Positions 60,351-64,000 of a DNA stretch of 64,000 nucleotides are shown one piece after another. Within the stretch, counting starts at the first letter, position 1. Each line of letters opens with the position of its first letter. A program made the position numbers and the translations under genes. Under the pieces are notes generated by a model. That model was not told the origin of the DNA. It saw only the letters and a program-made list of their open reading frames with translations, and searched no databases. Source of the stretch: an uncultured Clostridia bacterium (GTDB lineage Bacteria > Bacillota > Clostridia > TANB77 > CAG-508); the NCBI GenBank assembly GCA_934180065.1, contig CAKPRA010000004.1, forward strand, positions 4,786 to 68,785, in the 5' to 3' direction.

Positions 60351-61247
60351 ATGAAGAAAAATACAATGAGTTTAAAAGCTACAATAAATAATATAGCTAA
60401 AGAAAATAAGGTGTCAGCTCAATCAGTATTACAAACATACATGTTAGAGCGATTATTAGAAAGAATATCAGTATCCCAATATAAAGATAACTTTATATTA
60501 AAAGGAGGGATGCTGATTTCTGCTATGTTGGGAATAGATAGTAGAACAACAATGGATATTGATACTACAATAAAGGGTTTTGAGTTAACAGAAGAGAATG
60601 TAAAAAAGATTATGGAAGATGTCTGTAAAATAGATTTACATGATGATATAACTTTGAAGATAAATAGGGTAGAGGAGATAAGAGAAAATGATGATTATAA
60701 TGGGTATAGATTGACTTTTGAAGCAAAATATATGAATAATATGCCTGTTATTATGAAAATTGATGTTACAACAGGTGATAAAATAACATATAGAGAGATT
60801 GAATATAGTTTTGAATTAATGTTAGAGAACAGGAAAATCAATATTTGGTCATATAATGTAGAAACAGTTTTGGCAGAAAAATTCGAGGCTATAATAAAAA
60901 GGGGAGTTTTAGGAACAAGAATAAGAGATTTTTATGATGTTCATATGTTATTGAAAACCCAAATAAAAAATGTTGATAAAAAAACATTAAGAGTTGCAAT
61001 AATGTATACAGCAGAGCATAGGGGGTCTTTAGACATTATGAAACAATGGAAAGAGATTGTTGAGGAATTAAAAGATGATGAAACAATGATAAGTCAATGG
61101 AAGAGATATAAGAAAAATAATTTTTACGCTGAAGGGATAGATTATAAAGATTTAATAGACAGTATAATTGTGATTGGCGAAATATGGGATGGAAACTTTG
61201 AAGGTGGAGAAGTAGAGCTAGATAATAGTAAACTTTGTTTAGTATAA
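60351..61247 (+). CDS. AbiEii/AbiGii-family nucleotidyltransferase toxin (DUF1814)
   Basis: The size, the position after abiEi, and a nucleotidyltransferase-type G[GS]...D.D pattern (KGGMLISAMLGIDSRTTMDIDTT). Confidence 0.65.
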   Translation: MKKNTMSLKATINNIAKENKVSAQSVLQTYMLERLLERISVSQYKDNFILKGGMLISAMLGIDSRTTMDIDTTIKGFELTEENVKKIMEDVCKIDLHDDITLKINRVEEIRENDDYNGYRLTFEAKYMNNMPVIMKIDVTTGDKITYREIEYSFELMLENRKINIWSYNVETVLAEKFEAIIKRGVLGTRIRDFYDVHMLLKTQIKNVDKKTLRVAIMYTAEHRGSLDIMKQWKEIVEELKDDETMISQWKRYKKNNFYAEGIDYKDLIDSIIVIGEIWDGNFEGGEVELDNSKLCLV

Positions 61248-61564
61248 AATAGCCAAGATAAATAATTGATTTATATGGTAGATGAATATATATAGGAAAA
61301 TAAAAAAAGGCAGTAAATACTGTCTTTTTTTGCATACAAATTTTGTTTTATAATTTGGCACATGAACTATATTTTAAACAAAATAAATGTTATTAATGTT
61401 TGTTTTGGCTCTAAAAAGAGCTAGCTTTTATACTAGTCAAAGAAACATAACAAGTTGACGCCTCGGAGATTATTTTGAAGTTATGTAAATAATTTGAGAA
61501 AATGTCAAAATCCTATAAGCAAAATTAACATAAAATCATAGTATATAATGAAGGGGGAATAGAT

Positions 61565-62143
61565 ATGGATTTGAGAAATAAAAAAATTGGTATTGTTATG
61601 ACTGGATCATTTTGCACATTTTCAAAAGTTATTGAACAAATAAAAGTGCTTGTTAAAATGGGGGCTGATGTTATACCAATTATGTCTTTTAATAGCTATA
61701 ATTTGGATACAAAATTTGGTAAAGCAGAGGAGATTATAAACGAAATAGAATACATAACAAATAAGAAAATATTAAATACAATTCAAGGAGTAGAGCCGAT
61801 AGGTCCTAAAAAGATGACTGATATAATGCTTGTTGCACCATGCTCTGGTAATACTTTAGCAAAATTGGCAAATGGCATTACTGATACTCCAGCTGTAATG
61901 GCGGTTAAATCTCATTTAAGAAATGGAAATCCTGTTGTTATAGCAGTATCTACTAATGATGGACTTTCTGGATCTGCGGAGAATATAGGTAAATTATTAA
62001 ATAGGGCAAATTACTTCTTTGTACCGATTAGGCAAGATAATCCAATTACCAAACCGAGATCTTTGGTTTTTGATGATAAGTATATAGTGAAAACTTTGGA
62101 AAGTGCTTTAGATAGGGAACAAATTCAACCAATATTACTTTAA
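61565..62143 (+). CDS. dpaB: dipicolinate synthase subunit B (SpoVFB-like flavoprotein)
   Basis: MTGSFCTF, VAPCSGNTLAKLANGITDTPAVMAVKS, STND, and QIQPIL. These match B. subtilis SpoVFB along its whole length. Confidence 0.8.
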   Translation: MDLRNKKIGIVMTGSFCTFSKVIEQIKVLVKMGADVIPIMSFNSYNLDTKFGKAEEIINEIEYITNKKILNTIQGVEPIGPKKMTDIMLVAPCSGNTLAKLANGITDTPAVMAVKSHLRNGNPVVIAVSTNDGLSGSAENIGKLLNRANYFFVPIRQDNPITKPRSLVFDDKYIVKTLESALDREQIQPILL

Positions 62144-62270
62144 AGATAAACATAACAAGTTGATGCCTTGGAGATTATTTTTAAAATATGTAAACTAATT
62201 TCTGCCAACATTCATGTTCTTATTTTTGTTACTATTTATTGTTATTTGTCTTTAGATAAATCGGATAAGA

Positions 62271-62625
62271 CTCCTAAGCTACACGTTAGTTTTTGTTCAA
62301 TTTTTTTTGGTCCGGAGATGTAGATATATATATTAAAATTCGTGACTTGCTGGTCGCCCATACAAAGTGGTGTGAGAATGGTAGTGCCCTCATTTAAATT
62401 GGGTGACATCATAAAAGCAACTAAATGCTCCCAAGCTGCACGTTAGTTTTTGTTCAATTTTTTTGGTCCGGAGATGTAGATATATATATTAAAATTTGTG
62501 ACTTGCTGGTCGCCCATACAAAGTAGTGTGAGAATGATAGTGCCCTCATTTAAATTGGGTGACATCATAAAAGCAACTAAATGCTCCCAAGCTGCGCGTC
62601 ACTTCTTTTTAATATATATATCTAC
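62271..62625. repeat. two direct copies of a roughly 158-bp unit, followed by a short inverted segment; GC is higher than the surroundings
   Basis: Unit 62281-62438 is about 97% identical to unit 62439-62594. It is followed by the reverse complement of ggagatgtagatatatatattaaaa at 62600-62625. Confidence 0.8.
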
Positions 62626-62871
62626 ATCTCCTACTCTACTAATTTTAATTGATTTATAATAGTAAATAGTAACATTTTTTACTTTATGTTAGTTAATAAG
62701 TGACATATTTTTTAGTATTTTTGGTTTTTAGTGTTGATTCTTAATAGTTTATTTGTTAAAATAAACTAGACATTTTGTCGAATTAAATAAACAGGAGGAA
62801 TTAATCAATCTAGATTATCTTGTAATTATAGATGTTTTTAGTGTTAAAAAGATTGGTTATATAAGTGTAGT

Positions 62872-63471
62872 ATGAATAAAACAAAAAGGAAAATTTTTGA
62901 AGCTTCTATGAAATTGTTTGCTGAAAAAGGTTATGATGCAACAAGTGTTGAGGAAATTACTTCTGTAGTTGGTGTGGCAAAGGGAACATTATATTATCAT
63001 TTTTCTAGTAAGGAAGAGATTTTCTACTTTTTGGTAGAAGAAGGTATGAAATTGTTACAAAACAGTATTATTATTAAAACATCTCAAAAAAGCAATTCTA
63101 TAGAAAAATTAAAATCTGTCGTTTTAATTCAATTAAAGATATTATATAAATATCAAGATTTTGTTACGATACTTTTAAGTCAAATGTGGGGGAATGAACC
63201 TAGAAATAAGAAATGTAGAGAATACATTAAACAATATTTGAATATTATTGAAGGTATTGTAAATGATGGAATAAAAAATAATGAACTTATAAATGCAAAT
63301 TCAGAAACAATTGCTATTCAAATATTTAGTACAACCTGTGTAAGTTTGCTATATAAATCAGATAAAGAATATGAAATAAATATAAATGATACTTATAAAG
63401 AATTGGAAAATATATTATTTAGAGGATTATTGAAAGATGAAAGGAAATTTTATAATGGAAAAAAAAGGTAA
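62872..63471 (+). CDS. TetR/AcrR-family transcriptional regulator
   Basis: N-terminal HTH: KRKIFEASMKLFAEKGYDATSVEEITSVVGVAKGTLYYHF. Confidence 0.85.
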   Translation: MNKTKRKIFEASMKLFAEKGYDATSVEEITSVVGVAKGTLYYHFSSKEEIFYFLVEEGMKLLQNSIIIKTSQKSNSIEKLKSVVLIQLKILYKYQDFVTILLSQMWGNEPRNKKCREYIKQYLNIIEGIVNDGIKNNELINANSETIAIQIFSTTCVSLLYKSDKEYEININDTYKELENILFRGLLKDERKFYNGKKR

Positions 63472-64000
63472 TGGTAAAAGATATATTCAAAATCAAATAT
63501 TAAATGATGATGTTAAATCTAAAAAGCATAAAAAGAAAAATGGAATTATTTCAAAAATGTTTAATGGGGTTTCAAACTTAATTATATTAGGAGCTGTTGT
63601 AGGATTATTTCTTTTATATGGTCCATTTACTGGATTTAGAGATTGGTACATAACAACAGCTATGACTACTATGACTCATCAATATTTGGCTACTTGGTTC
63701 TATAGTAGCGAAACAATAGAAGAAGTTTTAAATAGAAATAGAATAATAGAAATTAATTCTGTAACAGACCCATCACTTGTTTCAACTACAGTTGCAGCAT
63801 CAGCTCCTGTTGTTCAATCTTATACAGAATATGATAAAGAATTATTAGAATTAGATTCAAATCATCCGGAATATAAGATTATTAAAATAAATGAGAAAAA
63901 ATTTTCTGGGTATTTGGCAGCTGTATATGATCCTTCTGATTTACATGTATTAGTTACTGAAAAACTTGGAAAGTCTGGTCAATATATTACCACTATGGCA
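63455..64000 (+). CDS. membrane-anchored protein, 3' end lies beyond the window
   Basis: The ORF starts at ATG 63455 and overlaps the TetR stop codon. An N-terminal TM segment is present. It continues to the end of the window. Confidence 0.4.
   Translation, partial: MEKKGNGKRYIQNQILNDDVKSKKHKKKNGIISKMFNGVSNLIILGAVVGLFLLYGPFTGFRDWYITTAMTTMTHQYLATWFYSSETIEEVLNRNRIIEINSVTDPSLVSTTVAASAPVVQSYTEYDKELLELDSNHPEYKIIKINEKKFSGYLAAVYDPSDLHVLVTEKLGKSGQYITTMA

Noticed and set aside
62271-62625. Possible CRISPR array.
   Set aside because: Only two units, each about 158 bp long and immediately adjacent with no spacers. There are no cas genes nearby. It is a tandem duplication.
1-64000. tRNA, rRNA and tmRNA genes.
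   Set aside because: No cloverleaf-compatible GC-rich 70-90 nt segments and no rRNA-like conserved blocks. The GC-richer patches are REP clusters, the 48575 ORF and the 62271 repeat.

Overview
This window looks like low-GC (about 27%) Firmicute chromosome, probably a Clostridium-like organism, and it mixes core genes with accessory DNA. The core genes are: the 3' end of rbgA, mini-RNase III, an AddA-like helicase/nuclease, tyrS and glyQS each with a T-box leader, uppP, a UbiB-family kinase, ppdK, asd-dapA-dapB, rubrerythrin, and a dpaB (spoVFB) homologue. The accessory content is as follows. (1) A Wzx/Wzy-type surface-polysaccharide locus runs from about 20.1 to 32.6 kb. It contains two TupA-like ATP-grasp enzymes flanking an AlaDH/CEOS-like dehydrogenase, a pyruvyl transferase, Ugd, a GT4-Alg14 fusion plus an Alg13-like protein, and a frameshifted priming transferase. 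(2) An approximately 13 kb island (32.7-45.6 kb) carries a C-protein-controlled RM system whose 1010-aa methyltransferase fuses an N6-adenine domain to a circularly permuted C5-cytosine domain, which is typical of type IIS systems. The same island holds unknown genes and a higher-GC PHP / P-loop kinase / AlkP-like module. (3) There is an AbiEi/AbiEii pair. (4) There is a sortase with a candidate substrate. The most striking signal is a dispersed family of at least 13 copies of a roughly 27-bp REP-like element with core GGGGACGGTTCTC, usually written GTCAATGGGGACGGTTCTCTTTGACAA. It occurs as single copies, inverted pairs (BIME-like), a 176-bp MITE-like composite, a 210-bp imperfect palindrome between ppdK and asd, and arrays of CCATTGAC at helical-turn spacing. 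An IS200-like REP-associated tyrosine transposase (RAYT: HuH motif plus catalytic Tyr plus C-terminal HTH) sits between inverted REP copies, next to a truncated second copy. Several REP copies have inserted into the 3' ends of genes and now encode C-terminal tails (MGTVLFD). Others place a TTGACA -35 hexamer upstream of ppdK and asd. I found no rRNA, tRNA or CRISPR arrays.
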